NCBI GenBank assembly: GCA_053919585.1
Contig: JBSSHM010000269.1
Source: Euprymna scolopes
Taxonomy: Eukaryota
Direction: 5' to 3' (one strand)
Length of the DNA: 64,000 bases
The notes beneath the pieces are model-generated. The model saw only the letters and a program-made list of their open reading frames with translations. It was not told the origin of the DNA and searched no databases. Each line of letters starts with the position of its first letter. The stretch's first letter is position 1. Shown here one piece after another: positions 33,843 through 45,293 of this stretch. Made by a program: the position numbers and the translations under genes.

Positions 33843-34619
33843 ATGTCATTTCTTAAAGGAAAAAAAGCTCTAATTCTTGGAGTTGCAAATGATCGCTCAA
33901 TTGCAACAGGAATCACTCATGCCATTCACCAACAAGGAGGAGAAATTGCCCTCACCTATCAAAATGAGCGTCTGCAATCACGTGTTGAAAAATTAGCACA
34001 AGAAACAGGAAATGGACCAACCATACAATGCGATATTACTAATGAAAGTGAACTAAACGCGGTCGTTGAAAAAATTAAGCAAGAGTGGGGAGGATTGGAT
34101 ATTGTTGTTCATGCTATTGCCTTTGCTCCACGTGAACAGTTAGAAGGGAATTATATCGATGTGACCACCAAAGATGGCTTTGCCTTGGCTCATGAAATCA
34201 GTGCATGGAGCTTCACAGCTTTAGCTCAAGCAGTAAAGCCCATCCTTAACCCAAATGCCTCACTATTAACACTCACCTATCTTGGTGCAGTGCGAGCTGT
34301 ACCAAACTACAACATCATGGGTATTGCCAAAGCTAGCCTTGAAGCAAGTGTCCGTTATATGGCACAAGTATTAGGTCCTGAGGGTATCCGTGTTAACGCT
34401 ATTTCTGCCGGTCCAATTCGTACACTCGCTGCCAGTGGAATCAAGAACTTTCGTGATCTACAAGATAAAGCCTCTTCTATCACGCCACTTGGCAGACCGG
34501 TAACCATCGAAGAAGTGGGTAATACTGCTGCTTTTCTAAGTTCAGACTTAGCTTCAGGAATTACTGGGGAAATTGTCTATGTTGATGGTGGCTACAACGT
34601 TGTTGCTGGCGGTTCATAA
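33843..34619 (+). CDS. fabI: enoyl-ACP reductase
   Basis: GVANDRSIA, PNYNIMGIAKASLE, SAGPIRTLAASG. Confidence 0.96.
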   Translation: MSFLKGKKALILGVANDRSIATGITHAIHQQGGEIALTYQNERLQSRVEKLAQETGNGPTIQCDITNESELNAVVEKIKQEWGGLDIVVHAIAFAPREQLEGNYIDVTTKDGFALAHEISAWSFTALAQAVKPILNPNASLLTLTYLGAVRAVPNYNIMGIAKASLEASVRYMAQVLGPEGIRVNAISAGPIRTLAASGIKNFRDLQDKASSITPLGRPVTIEEVGNTAAFLSSDLASGITGEIVYVDGGYNVVAGGS

Positions 34620-34651
34620 TAAACAACCCTGACCTAACTTGTTACTCTAAG

Positions 34652-35098
34652 ATGACTAGCAAGAAGCACATCTATATCCTAAATGGTCCTAATTTAAATT
34701 TACTTGGCGTCAGAGAAACGCATATCTATGGCATATTAACGCTTGATGATATTGCCAGTAATTGTAAGGCGCTTATTGAGAAATTTGACTTATCGATTGA
34801 TTTTTTTCAATCCAACCATGAAGGACAATTAATTGATTGGATTCAACAAGCTCGTGAACATGCTAACGCCATTATTATCAACCCTGCAGCCTACACACAC
34901 ACTTCCATTGCCATTCTTGATGCATTAAAATGCTATGATGGGATTGTTGTGGAAGTACATTTATCAAATATTGCAGAACGTGAAGAATTTCGCAAACATT
35001 CCTATACCTCACTACGTGCAGATAAAGTCATCGCTGGACTAGGAGAAAAAGGCTATGAGGTGGCAATAGAATATATTGCAAGTAAATTACTAACATAA
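34652..35098 (+). CDS. aroQ: type II 3-dehydroquinate dehydratase
   Basis: NGPNLNLLG.RE..IYG, QSNHEG, INPAAYTHTS, EVHLSN. Confidence 0.96.
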   Translation: MTSKKHIYILNGPNLNLLGVRETHIYGILTLDDIASNCKALIEKFDLSIDFFQSNHEGQLIDWIQQAREHANAIIINPAAYTHTSIAILDALKCYDGIVVEVHLSNIAEREEFRKHSYTSLRADKVIAGLGEKGYEVAIEYIASKLLT

Positions 35099-35278
35099 TA
35101 TAGCAATTACACCCATATTAAACTCAACCTATTCTACAAGCAGAAGAAAAAATCGCTCTCGCATTAGTGTAAATATCACATTAAAAACGTAATAAAGAAA
35201 TTATTTGCTTGCTTTTTGTGATATATAAAAATAGTCTTGCTTTAAGAACCCCATCTTACTTTTTTATAACTATTACAA

Positions 35279-35861
35279 CTATTTATAAGAAAATTCATTC
35301 TCTATATACACTCTTCCCCAATCTTTTCCATCAAGAGAATTCCAAATTTCACTTATCCCTTGACTATTTCTACCACCAGTAGTCATCACATACATAATGC
35401 TATTCAACTCAACAAATCCATTCACTCCCCATTTTTCAAATGGTGCTGAAGGAAGTTTTGATGGCGTGGCTGATGCTTCAGCACTGGAGGTCATTTCTTC
35501 TCCATTAACCCCATCTCTAACATTCACAACTATTGCGTAGTAGTTATCACCATTAGTTAAGTTTGGAATTTCTACACTTGTTTCTCCTGCTGTAAATTCT
35601 TTATAAGGCGCACCCGTTGGTACAACAGGGGGACTTACAAAACTAGTCTTTGAGTAGTATACTCGTTGACTTTTTACATTTGAGGGCTTTGCACCCCATT
35701 CAACTTTAAGCTTGCTATCTCCTACTAGAACTCTACTATTTTTCGGTGCTGAATATGAAGGACCAAAAATTATACCGTGAGAATCGTTATTATGACTAAT
35801 TTCTTTATCACAAGAAGCCAAAAAAACTATGAAAATCAATACTAAAACTATATTTTTTCAC
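35279..35861 (-). CDS. lipoprotein with fibronectin type III domain, probably C-terminally truncated
   Basis: FLASC lipobox (GTG start at 35861 after AGGAG, needs 1-base fix); GDSKLKVEW..., NLTNGDNYY..V, SAEASATP; ends in one Kelch-like WNSLDGKDW unit. Confidence 0.6.
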
Positions 35862-36241
35862 ACTCCTAAACATAACTTATCTCCTTCTTTTATTTTCAAT
35901 ACATTAAAATTGTTTATCTACAAAAAACATCTATTTCTCTTGAGTAGTAGTAAATGCTTCCATCTCTAAAAAATAATAGATAAGAGTTATACAAAGTTGA
36001 TAATCTCACTAACTTAAACAGATATAGCGACGCAAAGTATAAGACGCAATTATTAAAAAAAATCTAAAAAATATGATGTAGAATAAACAAAAAGAACTTT
36101 TTCAAAGGCTTATATTCGGTATGCTAGCAACTAAACTGATGAAATTAATACATTAAATGTTGCCATTGAATATAGTGTTTATCACTTTCCCTGTTAAAAT
36201 TTAAAGGACAGTTTATTACAGTTTATTGATGTATTTTTTCT

Positions 36242-38770
36242 ATGCACATGACAAATTTGGCAAATGCTTCCCCAACAAATAACTTCCTTTGTGGAAACGG
36301 GGATTATACCCCCCAACAATTAGAATCCTATGTGCAAAATTTGTGGGAACAAAAACAAGCATTTAAGGTCCAAGAAGAAGCTTCAAAAGAGAAATACTAT
36401 TGCTTAAGTATGTTCCCCTATCCTTCTGGAAATCTACATATGGGACATGTGCGAAATTATACTATTGGCGATGTGATTGCTCACTTTCATCGTATGCAAG
36501 GTAAAACCGTTTTGCAGCCAATGGGTTGGGATGCTTTTGGTTTACCTGCAGAAAATGCCGCAATTAAAAATAAAAAACCTCCAGCAGAATGGACTTATGC
36601 CAATATTAACACCATGCGTAAGCAACTTAAACGACTTGGATTTTCCTATGATTGGGATCGTGAATTAGCAACCTGTAAACCTGAATATTACCGCTGGGAA
36701 CAATGGTTATTTGTCAAATTACTTAAGAAGGGGCTTGTCTATCGAAAAAATTCTGTAGTCAATTGGGATCCTGTTGACCAAACCGTGTTGGCAAATGAAC
36801 AAGTTATTGAAGGAAGAGGTTGGCGTAGTGATGCACTCGTTGAACGTCGAGAAATTCCACAATGGTTTCTAAAAATCACTGATTATGCTGAAGAATTATT
36901 GTCTGAGTTAGATAATTTAGAAAAGAAATGGCCTCAGTCTGTGATTCAAATGCAACGCAATTGGATTGGTAAGTCACGTGGCGTGGAAATTGATTTTGAA
37001 GTAGTTGGACAGGATCAAGTCATACGTGTGTACACCACTCGTCCCGATACCTTAATGGGTGCAACCTATCTTGCCGTGGCTGCAGAGCATCCCATACTTA
37101 ATTCGCTTACAAATAAAGAGTTAGATGATTTTCGTATACGATGTGCCAAACACGGCGTTTCTGAAGCGAGCATTGAACAATTACCAAAAGAAGGTGTTGA
37201 CACGGGATTGCGAGCTATTCATCCCCTATCTGGCGAAAAAATTCCTATTTGGAGTGCAAATTTTGTATTAATGGGTTATGGAACAGGGGCAGTAATGTCA
37301 GTACCTGCACATGATGTACGAGATCATCAATTTGCTCTACAGTATGGATTACCAATTAAACAGGTGATTGCTCCAGATTCTATTGAGGAAGAGATCAATA
37401 TTCAACAAACTGCTTACGTTAGCAAAAACGGAATAACAGTCAATAGTGGAGAATTTAATAATTTAAATTTTGATGAAGCCTTTGAGAGCATTTCCAAGGC
37501 TTTAGAAAAACAACAAAAAGGAGAACGTAAAACCAATTATCGTTTACGTGATTGGGGTGTATCCAGACAACGTTACTGGGGATGTCCCATTCCCATTATA
37601 CATTGTGAGCAATGCGGAGTCATACCCGTTCCAGAAGATCAATTGCCAGTGATTTTACCAGAAGATGTAGTAGTTAGTGGTGATGGCTCTCCATTAACCA
37701 AATTAGACTCTTTCCTACAAACATCTTGTCCAAAGTGTGGAGAACCTGCACAACGTGAAACAGATACTTTTGATACCTTTTTTGAATCTTCATGGTATTT
37801 CTCTCGTTTTGCTTGTCCAGATGCTGATGCTATGGTGGATGAAAGAGCAAATTATTGGGCACCAGTTGATCAATATGTTGGTGGTATTGAACATGCTATT
37901 TTACATTTGTTGTATGCGCGTTTTTTCCATAAAATCATGCGTGATATTAACTTAGTTAACTCTTCTGAACCCTTTGAACACTTGCTCACTCAAGGAATGG
38001 TGTTAAAAAATGGCGAAAAAATGTCTAAATCCAAAGGAAATGTAGTTGATCCGCAAAACTTAGTTGATAAATATGGGGCAGATACCATCCGTCTATTCAT
38101 TATGTTTAGTGCGCCACCAGAACAAAGTCTTGATTGGTCTGATGCTGGAGTAGAAGGTTCGTTTCGCTTTTTAAAACGCTTATGGCGTTTTGCTGTTGAC
38201 TACCTCTCTGCTAGAGAAGAGTATGATAAGCCTATTCCCAAGCTGGATGTGGAAAAACTAAGTGAAAGCCAGTTAAATTTTCGCTTACAAATACATCAAT
38301 CATTATTAACAGCAAAACAAGATATTGAGCGCAATCATTTTAATACTTCTATTGCTGCGATGATGTCCTTGCTAAATGCCTCTTATCGCTATCAGATAAA
38401 CAATTCTCAAGATTATGCTTTAGTATTTGAAGCAATATCTGTTATGGTTCGAGTCTTATCACCAATTACTCCTCACATCTGCCAAATATTATGGCAAAGG
38501 TTATACCAAGATGATAGCCGTCTAGTTTGCTTTGAGACCTTTCCTGATGTTGACAAAGATGCTCTACAACGTAAAATTACTACGATTGTTGTGCAAGTTA
38601 ATGGTAAAGTGCGAGGTAAAATTGATGTAGCAACCGACGCTAGTGAAGAAAGTGTGTTGGCTGAGGCTATTGTTTCTCCAACTGTTGAAAAGCATCTCAA
38701 AAATCAAAAAATAATGAAAACCATTTATGTCCCAAATAAGCTGATTAGTTTGGTAATTAAACCCCAATGA
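36242..38770 (+). CDS. leuS: leucine--tRNA ligase
   Basis: [21 protein letters not shown], editing domain TTRPDT. Confidence 0.98.
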   Translation: MHMTNLANASPTNNFLCGNGDYTPQQLESYVQNLWEQKQAFKVQEEASKEKYYCLSMFPYPSGNLHMGHVRNYTIGDVIAHFHRMQGKTVLQPMGWDAFGLPAENAAIKNKKPPAEWTYANINTMRKQLKRLGFSYDWDRELATCKPEYYRWEQWLFVKLLKKGLVYRKNSVVNWDPVDQTVLANEQVIEGRGWRSDALVERREIPQWFLKITDYAEELLSELDNLEKKWPQSVIQMQRNWIGKSRGVEIDFEVVGQDQVIRVYTTRPDTLMGATYLAVAAEHPILNSLTNKELDDFRIRCAKHGVSEASIEQLPKEGVDTGLRAIHPLSGEKIPIWSANFVLMGYGTGAVMSVPAHDVRDHQFALQYGLPIKQVIAPDSIEEEINIQQTAYVSKNGITVNSGEFNNLNFDEAFESISKALEKQQKGERKTNYRLRDWGVSRQRYWGCPIPIIHCEQCGVIPVPEDQLPVILPEDVVVSGDGSPLTKLDSFLQTSCPKCGEPAQRETDTFDTFFESSWYFSRFACPDADAMVDERANYWAPVDQYVGGIEHAILHLLYARFFHKIMRDINLVNSSEPFEHLLTQGMVLKNGEKMSKSKGNVVDPQNLVDKYGADTIRLFIMFSAPPEQSLDWSDAGVEGSFRFLKRLWRFAVDYLSAREEYDKPIPKLDVEKLSESQLNFRLQIHQSLLTAKQDIERNHFNTSIAAMMSLLNASYRYQINNSQDYALVFEAISVMVRVLSPITPHICQILWQRLYQDDSRLVCFETFPDVDKDALQRKITTIVVQVNGKVRGKIDVATDASEESVLAEAIVSPTVEKHLKNQKIMKTIYVPNKLISLVIKPQ

Positions 38771-38782
38771 TAGGAGAAAATC

Positions 38783-39319
38783 ATGCATCCATACAAAAAA
38801 AATAGTTTATTTATGGTGAGTTTAGTCAGTAGCATATTACTATCTGCATGCTCCATTTCCCCATACAATACCAAAGCACTTAAACAAATAAACTGGAACA
38901 TCAATCCTAACGATACCCAAGTAGGGAAAATTGTTAAAGAAAAACTCTCATCAATAACTGTCACTGAAGGAGAAGTTTATGATGTCAGCATCAATAATGA
39001 AGAAATACGCAAAAGAACCATCAGTGTAAATCAAGATGGGCAACCTTCTGCATACTTGCAGGAAGCAATAATTACTCTACGAGTCTCTTCAAAAGGAAAA
39101 GAATTTATTAATGAACCAATTATTGTTGCTCGTGAATTATCTCAACAAGAGTCTTCAAAAAAAATTGCCGAAAAAAATGAAGAAATGATGAATGAACTTG
39201 CTCAAGATACACTCATGCGCTTAAGTGATATTGCCAATCAAGAAAAAAATATCTTACTACATAAATATACGGTCTATAGAGAACTTAGCGACCAACCTGA
39301 ATCCACCTCTAAAAAGTGA
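38783..39319 (+). CDS. lptE: LptE-like LPS assembly lipoprotein (divergent)
   Basis: LLSAC lipobox; conserved position between leuS and holA. Confidence 0.6.
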   Translation: MHPYKKNSLFMVSLVSSILLSACSISPYNTKALKQINWNINPNDTQVGKIVKEKLSSITVTEGEVYDVSINNEEIRKRTISVNQDGQPSAYLQEAIITLRVSSKGKEFINEPIIVARELSQQESSKKIAEKNEEMMNELAQDTLMRLSDIANQEKNILLHKYTVYRELSDQPESTSKK

Positions 39320-40314
39320 AATCCTACTGGCCACTTAATTTAACTAAAATTGATAAGTCGTGTCGCTTATATTTGCTCAGTGGCACAGAAGAATTATTAG
39401 TAGATGAAAGCCATCAGCAACTCATTGCCTTAGCTAAGAGTTCTGGTTTTGTTGAACATCATCGACTATATGGTACGGAAGATTTAGATCAAACGAAATT
39501 GCAACAGTTGATCATTAACAAAGGATTATTTGCTGAAGGAACATTAATTGACTTCCGCTTGCCAGAAGGAAAAACAGGACGAAGTGGTGCAACCGTACTC
39601 AATAACATCTTGGACAAGCTTGAACAACATTCTCATATTTTTTTCATTCTTAGTGCTCATAATACTAAAGGAAAATTATCTACCAAATGGGTGGAAAAAA
39701 TTGAAAAATCAGGTTCTCATATCCAACACCCGATACTCAATGATACTCGCAAACGCCAATGGCTGACACACCGATTAAAGATAGCAAATATTACGATTGA
39801 ACAAAAAGGGCAAGAGTTCCTTTTGCTACTCACTGAAGGAAATCTTCTAGCACTCGAGCAACAAATCAAACAACTAGAAATATCTCAGCTGAGCAACATT
39901 ACAGTAGAAGAATTACGCAAACGCTTTCAAGATGAAGCACGATTTAATCTTTTTTCTTTACCTGAGAAAATATTCAATGGTCAAGCAAATCGAGCCTTGC
40001 GAATGTGCAGAAAATTACGCCAAGAAGGTGAGCCATTAGTATTAATCTTGTGGTCAATTATCAACGAGTTAAATCTTGCTATTGGTCTAGCAGAATTACA
40101 AAAACAACAACAATCTCCAAGTAATTTCCTCAAACAAAACCGCATTTGGAAAGAACATGAAGCAACATTATATAAACTAGCAAATAAGGGATTGGAAAAA
40201 TTGTACCATCAAGCTAATACTTTACATAAAATTGACAAACAAAGTAAAGGGCAAGCTATTGGAGATGGATGGTTAAGCTTAGAAAAATTTATTGGTGAAT
40301 TAGCAATTAATTAA
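39316..40314 (+). CDS. holA: DNA polymerase III delta subunit
   Basis: YLLSGTEELL, GLFA, EGNLLAL.Q; leuS-lptE-holA synteny. Confidence 0.88.
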   Translation: MKSYWPLNLTKIDKSCRLYLLSGTEELLVDESHQQLIALAKSSGFVEHHRLYGTEDLDQTKLQQLIINKGLFAEGTLIDFRLPEGKTGRSGATVLNNILDKLEQHSHIFFILSAHNTKGKLSTKWVEKIEKSGSHIQHPILNDTRKRQWLTHRLKIANITIEQKGQEFLLLLTEGNLLALEQQIKQLEISQLSNITVEELRKRFQDEARFNLFSLPEKIFNGQANRALRMCRKLRQEGEPLVLILWSIINELNLAIGLAELQKQQQSPSNFLKQNRIWKEHEATLYKLANKGLEKLYHQANTLHKIDKQSKGQAIGDGWLSLEKFIGELAIN

Positions 40315-41723
40315 TGAATATGCAAAAAATCAATACTGTATACAGCCTCATTCTTGCTGCTGGAAAAGGTTCAAGGATGAACTCTAACAAACCAAAAGTC
40401 CTACATCCACTAGGAGGAAAGCCGCTACTGATTCATGTATTGGAAAGTGCCAAAAAAATCTCTCATCATAGTACTGTAGTAGTTGGACACCAAGCGGATA
40501 TGCTCATTGAAGAAATAGAATCCAAATGGGGGGAGAAACTTAACAATTTACCCAATTGGGTACATCAAAAAGAACAACTTGGTACAGGTCATGCCGTTAA
40601 AACAGCCCTAAATCAATTGCAAAAAACTATACAGCCTGATGACATTGTTTTAATACTGTACGGTGATGTTCCGCTTATTCAACCCTCAACATTACAAGAA
40701 GTCATTAACTTATGTGAAAATTATTCCTTAGTTTTACTGAGCGCACAATTAGATAACCCTAAAGGTTATGGACGCATTATCCGAGACATTACCCAGTCAG
40801 TAGTAAAAATTGTTGAACATAAAGATGCATCAAATGAAGAGCGTGCTATCACCGAAATTAATAGTGGCATCCTTGCCACAACTTTTGCAAATTTACAAAA
40901 CTGGACCAATCAACTTAAAAATGATAATGTACAAAAAGAGTTTTATTTAACAGACATTGTCTCTCTGTGTGTCGAACATGGCGGTGGGGTAGGAGCGTAT
41001 TGCTTGCCAGATAATACTGAAATACAGGGCATCAATTCCCAAGCGCAACGTGCACAATTAGAACGTTTTTATCAAAAAACTAAAGTGAATAAAATGGCTG
41101 AAAAAGGATTAGCAATTGCTGATGCTAGTCGCATAGATATTCGAGGAGAGTTATCCTTTGGTAAAGATGTTTTTCTTGATGTCGGTATCATTATTGAGGG
41201 TAAAGTCACCTTAGAAGATAATGTTAGCATTGGAGCACATTGCGTACTTAAAGATTGTCATATCGGTTCTGATAGCATCATCAAACCTTATAGCAGTATT
41301 GAACAATCCCAATGTGGAAAAGGATGCATCATCGGACCTTATGCCCGTCTACGACCAGAAAACATTCTTCATGAATCTGTGCATATTGGCAACTTCGTTG
41401 AAGTAAAAAAATCAGAAATTCACCAACATAGCAAAATCAACCATCTCAGTTATATTGGTGATGCCACTATTGGCAAAAATACTAATATTGGTGCAGGGAC
41501 CATCACCTGTAATTACGATGGCAAAAACAAACACCAAACTCATATCGGCAATCACGCCTTTGTTGGTTCTGGCACTGAATTAGTCGCACCAGTTAAAATT
41601 GGTGATGGTGCTACCATTGGTGCAGGCTCTACCATCATCAGAGATGTTCCTCTAGATGACTTAGGTTTGGCTCGCTCCAAACAAATAAATATTCCTAACT
41701 GGAAATCTCAAGCAAAAAAATAA
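40314..41723 (+). CDS. glmU: bifunctional GlcNAc-1-P uridyltransferase/acetyltransferase
   Basis: ILAAGKGSRM, QLGTGHAV, GNFVEVKK, NHLSYIGDA, CNYDG. Confidence 0.97.
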   Translation: MNMQKINTVYSLILAAGKGSRMNSNKPKVLHPLGGKPLLIHVLESAKKISHHSTVVVGHQADMLIEEIESKWGEKLNNLPNWVHQKEQLGTGHAVKTALNQLQKTIQPDDIVLILYGDVPLIQPSTLQEVINLCENYSLVLLSAQLDNPKGYGRIIRDITQSVVKIVEHKDASNEERAITEINSGILATTFANLQNWTNQLKNDNVQKEFYLTDIVSLCVEHGGGVGAYCLPDNTEIQGINSQAQRAQLERFYQKTKVNKMAEKGLAIADASRIDIRGELSFGKDVFLDVGIIIEGKVTLEDNVSIGAHCVLKDCHIGSDSIIKPYSSIEQSQCGKGCIIGPYARLRPENILHESVHIGNFVEVKKSEIHQHSKINHLSYIGDATIGKNTNIGAGTITCNYDGKNKHQTHIGNHAFVGSGTELVAPVKIGDGATIGAGSTIIRDVPLDDLGLARSKQINIPNWKSQAKK

Positions 41724-41796
41724 TCTAGCTAACTACCTGTGTTAAAATGATAGTAAATATCATTGTTTATTATTTCAACTATTTCTATCTAATTTT

Positions 41797-41997
41797 ATGG
41801 AATTTAATCAAGCGTTCTTAAAGGGTTTTACAAGGACTTTTTCTTTAAAATCTAAAGCAAACATTCGCTCTATAATTCCTAACCTCTCTGTTGAAGAGAG
41901 GATTCTTAGAAATTGGCAGAATGTCGGTAATGATATGCGATTATCAATGAAACAATTTGATAACACAATAAATAATGACCAGCAAAACAAAAAATAA
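41797..41997 (+). CDS. small hypothetical protein overlapping the start of the DUF2335 gene
   Basis: 66 aa with NWQNVGNDM motif. Confidence 0.55.
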   Translation: MEFNQAFLKGFTRTFSLKSKANIRSIIPNLSVEERILRNWQNVGNDMRLSMKQFDNTINNDQQNKK

Positions 41998-42373
41998 ACA
42001 CAACCTTAAGCGCACGCAACAACAACCCGATGAACCTAACCAGATTGTTGTTGCTTCTAAACAGTATAGTGGACCTATTCCTCAACCTCAAGATTTACAA
42101 CAATAGGAAAATATAAAATCAGGATTTGCAGATAGAATTATCACGATGGCTGAAAATGAATCCGTACACAGACAAAGAATTGAGAATAAAATTATCAATT
42201 CAGAAACTATTCTCAATATTGCAGGGCAAATAACAGCTTTGCTTATGGGATTCTTTGTTATTGCTTTAATGGGCTATGCGATTAATCAGGGTTATGCCGA
42301 GCAAGTTAAATGGGTAGGCATTAGTATTGCTTCTGTCGTTGGCTTATTCATTTTTAAAAGAAAATCCAAATAA
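41975..42373 (+). pseudogene. DUF2335 membrane protein with in-frame TAG at 42104
   Basis: YSGPIPQPQDLQQ*ENIKSGFADRIITMAENESVHR plus 2 TM helices. Confidence 0.8.
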
Positions 42374-42397
42374 TACCTCTTTACTCTTCACCTACCC

Positions 42398-44470
42398 ATG
42401 CTTGAAGAGACCTCTTCTACTATTCTCAAAGGGCTGAACAAACAACAGCAAGAAGCGGTACAAACCTGCGACACTTCTTGTCTAGTATTAGCTGGAGCAG
42501 GATGTGGAAAAACTTCAGTTATTACAAGAAAAATTTTATGGCTACTTAAAGAAGAAAAAATTCCTAGCCACAAACTAGCTGCCCTAACTTTCACCAATAA
42601 AGCAGCCAATGAAATGCAAAATCGCTTAAAAAAATCGCTAGAAAAAAAAGAAAGAGAAAATTTAAGTATTAGCACCTTTCATTCCCTTGGTTTAAGTATC
42701 TTACGTAAACACTATGAGCAAGCCAATCTCACTTCGCAATTTTCTTTAATTGATCCTCAAGATGTACAAAAACTGATCAAAGAAATATGCGATGAATTAA
42801 CTATCTATGATACGGCGAAAATTCGTCAAATTCCATTTATTATTTCTCGTTATAAAAATCAAAACCTTAATCCCAAACAAGCTACAGAACTTGCCAATCA
42901 ATTTGATTTTGCTGAAACAGAAATGATTGATTTAGCAAATCAAGTATATTGGAGTTATGAAGATAAATTGCAAGCCTATAATCTAGCAGACTTTGATGAT
43001 TTGCTACTCAAACCACTTAATCTACTCATACACAATGAAATTGTTAAAAATGATTTTGGCAGACGTTTTCAACATATTTTAGTGGATGAATATCAAGACA
43101 CCAATGAATGCCAATATCAATTACTTATTCACCTTATTCAAGACGATCCAAATAGCTTCCTACCTGCCCCTCACTTTACCGCAGTTGGTGATGATAATCA
43201 ATCCATTTACGAATGGCGAGGTGCTAACCCGCAAAATCTTAACCAATTAAAAGCAGATTTCCCAAACCTAAAAATTATTCCATTAGAACAAAACTACCGT
43301 TCCACCAATACCATCCTCAATGCCTCAAATGCATTAATTGATAAAAATGACTCAATCATTTCTAAAAAATTATGGTCAGAGCTTGGTATGGGCGAACCCA
43401 TCATCCTAAAGAATCTCCCCAATAACATTGAAGAAGCCAATAAAATTACTCGCATGATTGCCCATCACCATCTTATCAATCAAACTTCTTTAGACGATTA
43501 TTGCATTCTCTATCGAAGCAATCACCAAGCCGAACCACTAGAGAGAAATCTCAAACAACTCGGGCTAAACTACAAGGTAAGCGGAGGCATATCCCTATTT
43601 AATCGCTCTGAAATAAAAATTTTACTAGCCTATCTAAAATTAATGGTCAATCCTCTAGATAATGTCTCTTTTCTCAGAATTATCAATACGCCAAGACGTG
43701 AGATTGGTGATAAAACCATTTCACAACTTATTAACTATGCTGAGCATAAACAACTTTCTCTTTTAGAAGCATGCAATAGCCAAGGATTACAAGGAGTTTT
43801 TACTGAAAAAATATGCCAACGACTTGCTTATTTTCATTACTGGATTACTAAACAGCGCCAAGAAATGATTATAGATATTGAACAGGGGATAACCAGTCTA
43901 ATCAAGAAAATTGAATTTTATGACTGGCTAAGAGAACAAGCTAAACACAAAAAAACAGCAGAAAATCAAATTGAGCGTGTGAAAAATCTCAAACAATGGC
44001 TAATTAATATTCAAGCTAAAAATGAACACTATGACCTTGCTGATATTATTCACCACCTTAATCTTGCTGAGCGTTTAGAAGATCAAGACAATAACAAGCA
44101 CGCTGCACTTAATCTCATGACTATTCATGCAGCTAAAGGACTAGAATTTCCATATGTATATCTCATAGGATTAGAAGAAGGTAACCTCCCTCACTACAAC
44201 AATACCCATAATGAGCAAGGACTTGCAGAGGAAAGAAGGCTGGTTTATGTCGCCATGACTCGTGCTAAAAAACAACTGACTTTATCCTATGCACATAATA
44301 AACAAACCGCTAAAGGAGTTGTAAAACTTCTCCCTAGTCGCTTCCTTAAAGATATTCCTGATGACTATATCCAATCGCAAAGCAAGGAACTCAGTGCAGA
44401 AGAAAAAAAACAAGAAAAAGCCTTTTATCTCAATCGTATGAAAGAACTTTTTGCAACAAAAAAAGATTGA
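42398..44470 (+). CDS. rep: Rep/UvrD-family SF1 DNA helicase
   Basis: LAGAGCGKT, TFTNKAA, VDEYQDTN, LEQNYRST, KLWSELGMG, EERRLVYVAMTRA. Confidence 0.85.
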   Translation: MLEETSSTILKGLNKQQQEAVQTCDTSCLVLAGAGCGKTSVITRKILWLLKEEKIPSHKLAALTFTNKAANEMQNRLKKSLEKKERENLSISTFHSLGLSILRKHYEQANLTSQFSLIDPQDVQKLIKEICDELTIYDTAKIRQIPFIISRYKNQNLNPKQATELANQFDFAETEMIDLANQVYWSYEDKLQAYNLADFDDLLLKPLNLLIHNEIVKNDFGRRFQHILVDEYQDTNECQYQLLIHLIQDDPNSFLPAPHFTAVGDDNQSIYEWRGANPQNLNQLKADFPNLKIIPLEQNYRSTNTILNASNALIDKNDSIISKKLWSELGMGEPIILKNLPNNIEEANKITRMIAHHHLINQTSLDDYCILYRSNHQAEPLERNLKQLGLNYKVSGGISLFNRSEIKILLAYLKLMVNPLDNVSFLRIINTPRREIGDKTISQLINYAEHKQLSLLEACNSQGLQGVFTEKICQRLAYFHYWITKQRQEMIIDIEQGITSLIKKIEFYDWLREQAKHKKTAENQIERVKNLKQWLINIQAKNEHYDLADIIHHLNLAERLEDQDNNKHAALNLMTIHAAKGLEFPYVYLIGLEEGNLPHYNNTHNEQGLAEERRLVYVAMTRAKKQLTLSYAHNKQTAKGVVKLLPSRFLKDIPDDYIQSQSKELSAEEKKQEKAFYLNRMKELFATKKD

Positions 44471-44743
44471 CTTCTAAATTGATGCATAAGAAATAATGAT
44501 TCAACTACAGTGGCTATAAAGAACAATTAAACCCATTCAACATAGCACATACAATCCCCTCCTTATTGTGATAAGATGAAAAAAACAAAATAGTATGCGG
44601 ATTTATTTGTGTATAAAGACTTTAGCGATTAAAATTATAAAATGGCTTTGGTAAAAACCAGCTTTTCTTGGTTTTGTTGTATCCATCTTTATATTTATTG
44701 TTACCTAGTAACTTACCAAAATAATTAAGCTCAAAAATTCACT

Positions 44744-44878
44744 ATGAAAAGAACCTTTCAACCCAGTAATATAAAACGTAAGAGAACACATGGTTTTCGT
44801 GCCCGTATGGCAACTAAAGCCGGTCGCAAAGTACTCAATGCTCGTCGTCGTCGTGGACGTAAAGTTCTTTGTGCATAA
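44744..44878 (+). CDS. rpmH: 50S ribosomal protein L34 (below ORF-track cutoff)
   Basis: [44 protein letters not shown]. Confidence 0.98.
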   Translation: MKRTFQPSNIKRKRTHGFRARMATKAGRKVLNARRRRGRKVLCA

Positions 44879-44899
44879 CTGATTATTGATTACTAGTAA

Positions 44900-45283
44900 T
44901 TTTTTGTTATCAATAATCATCATTTTCCACCAACTAATCGGTTAAAAAAAACTCCTCAATTTAGGCAAATACTCGATAAGAATCACAAAATATACAGTCG
45001 ATTTTGGATTTTGTTTTATGCCGAAAACAATCTATCACCCAGTCGCCCTCGTCTTGGGATAATTGTTAGCAAAAAAGTTTCTCTTCTAGCCGTACGAAGA
45101 AATAAAATCAAACGTATTGTACGTGAATTTTTTAGACAAAACAAAACAAATTTTATTGGCTATGACATGATTATTATTGCTAAGAAAACACACCTTAAAT
45201 TTAGTAATAAACTCATAAAAGAACTAGCAGATGATCTCCTAAACTTGAAGAAAAAATTAAACAAAAAAATAAACATCTCATAA
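44900..45283 (+). CDS. rnpA: RNase P protein component (start uncertain)
   Basis: FPPTNRLKKTPQFRQI upstream of the track start, RLGIIVSKK, AVRRNKIKRIVRE. Confidence 0.92.
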   Translation, partial: FFVINNHHFPPTNRLKKTPQFRQILDKNHKIYSRFWILFYAENNLSPSRPRLGIIVSKKVSLLAVRRNKIKRIVREFFRQNKTNFIGYDMIIIAKKTHLKFSNKLIKELADDLLNLKKKLNKKINIS

Positions 45284-45293
45284 TAAAATCACT

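Noticed and set aside
29744-42106. Two in-frame TAG codons (29744, 42104) as evidence of stop-codon recoding
   Set aside because: Host genes such as purM, purN and rsmD end normally on TAG, and the HEPN gene has other inactivating changes.
44471-44743. oriC upstream of rpmH
   Set aside because: No DnaA boxes or dnaA seen, and the + strand looks C-rich on both sides.
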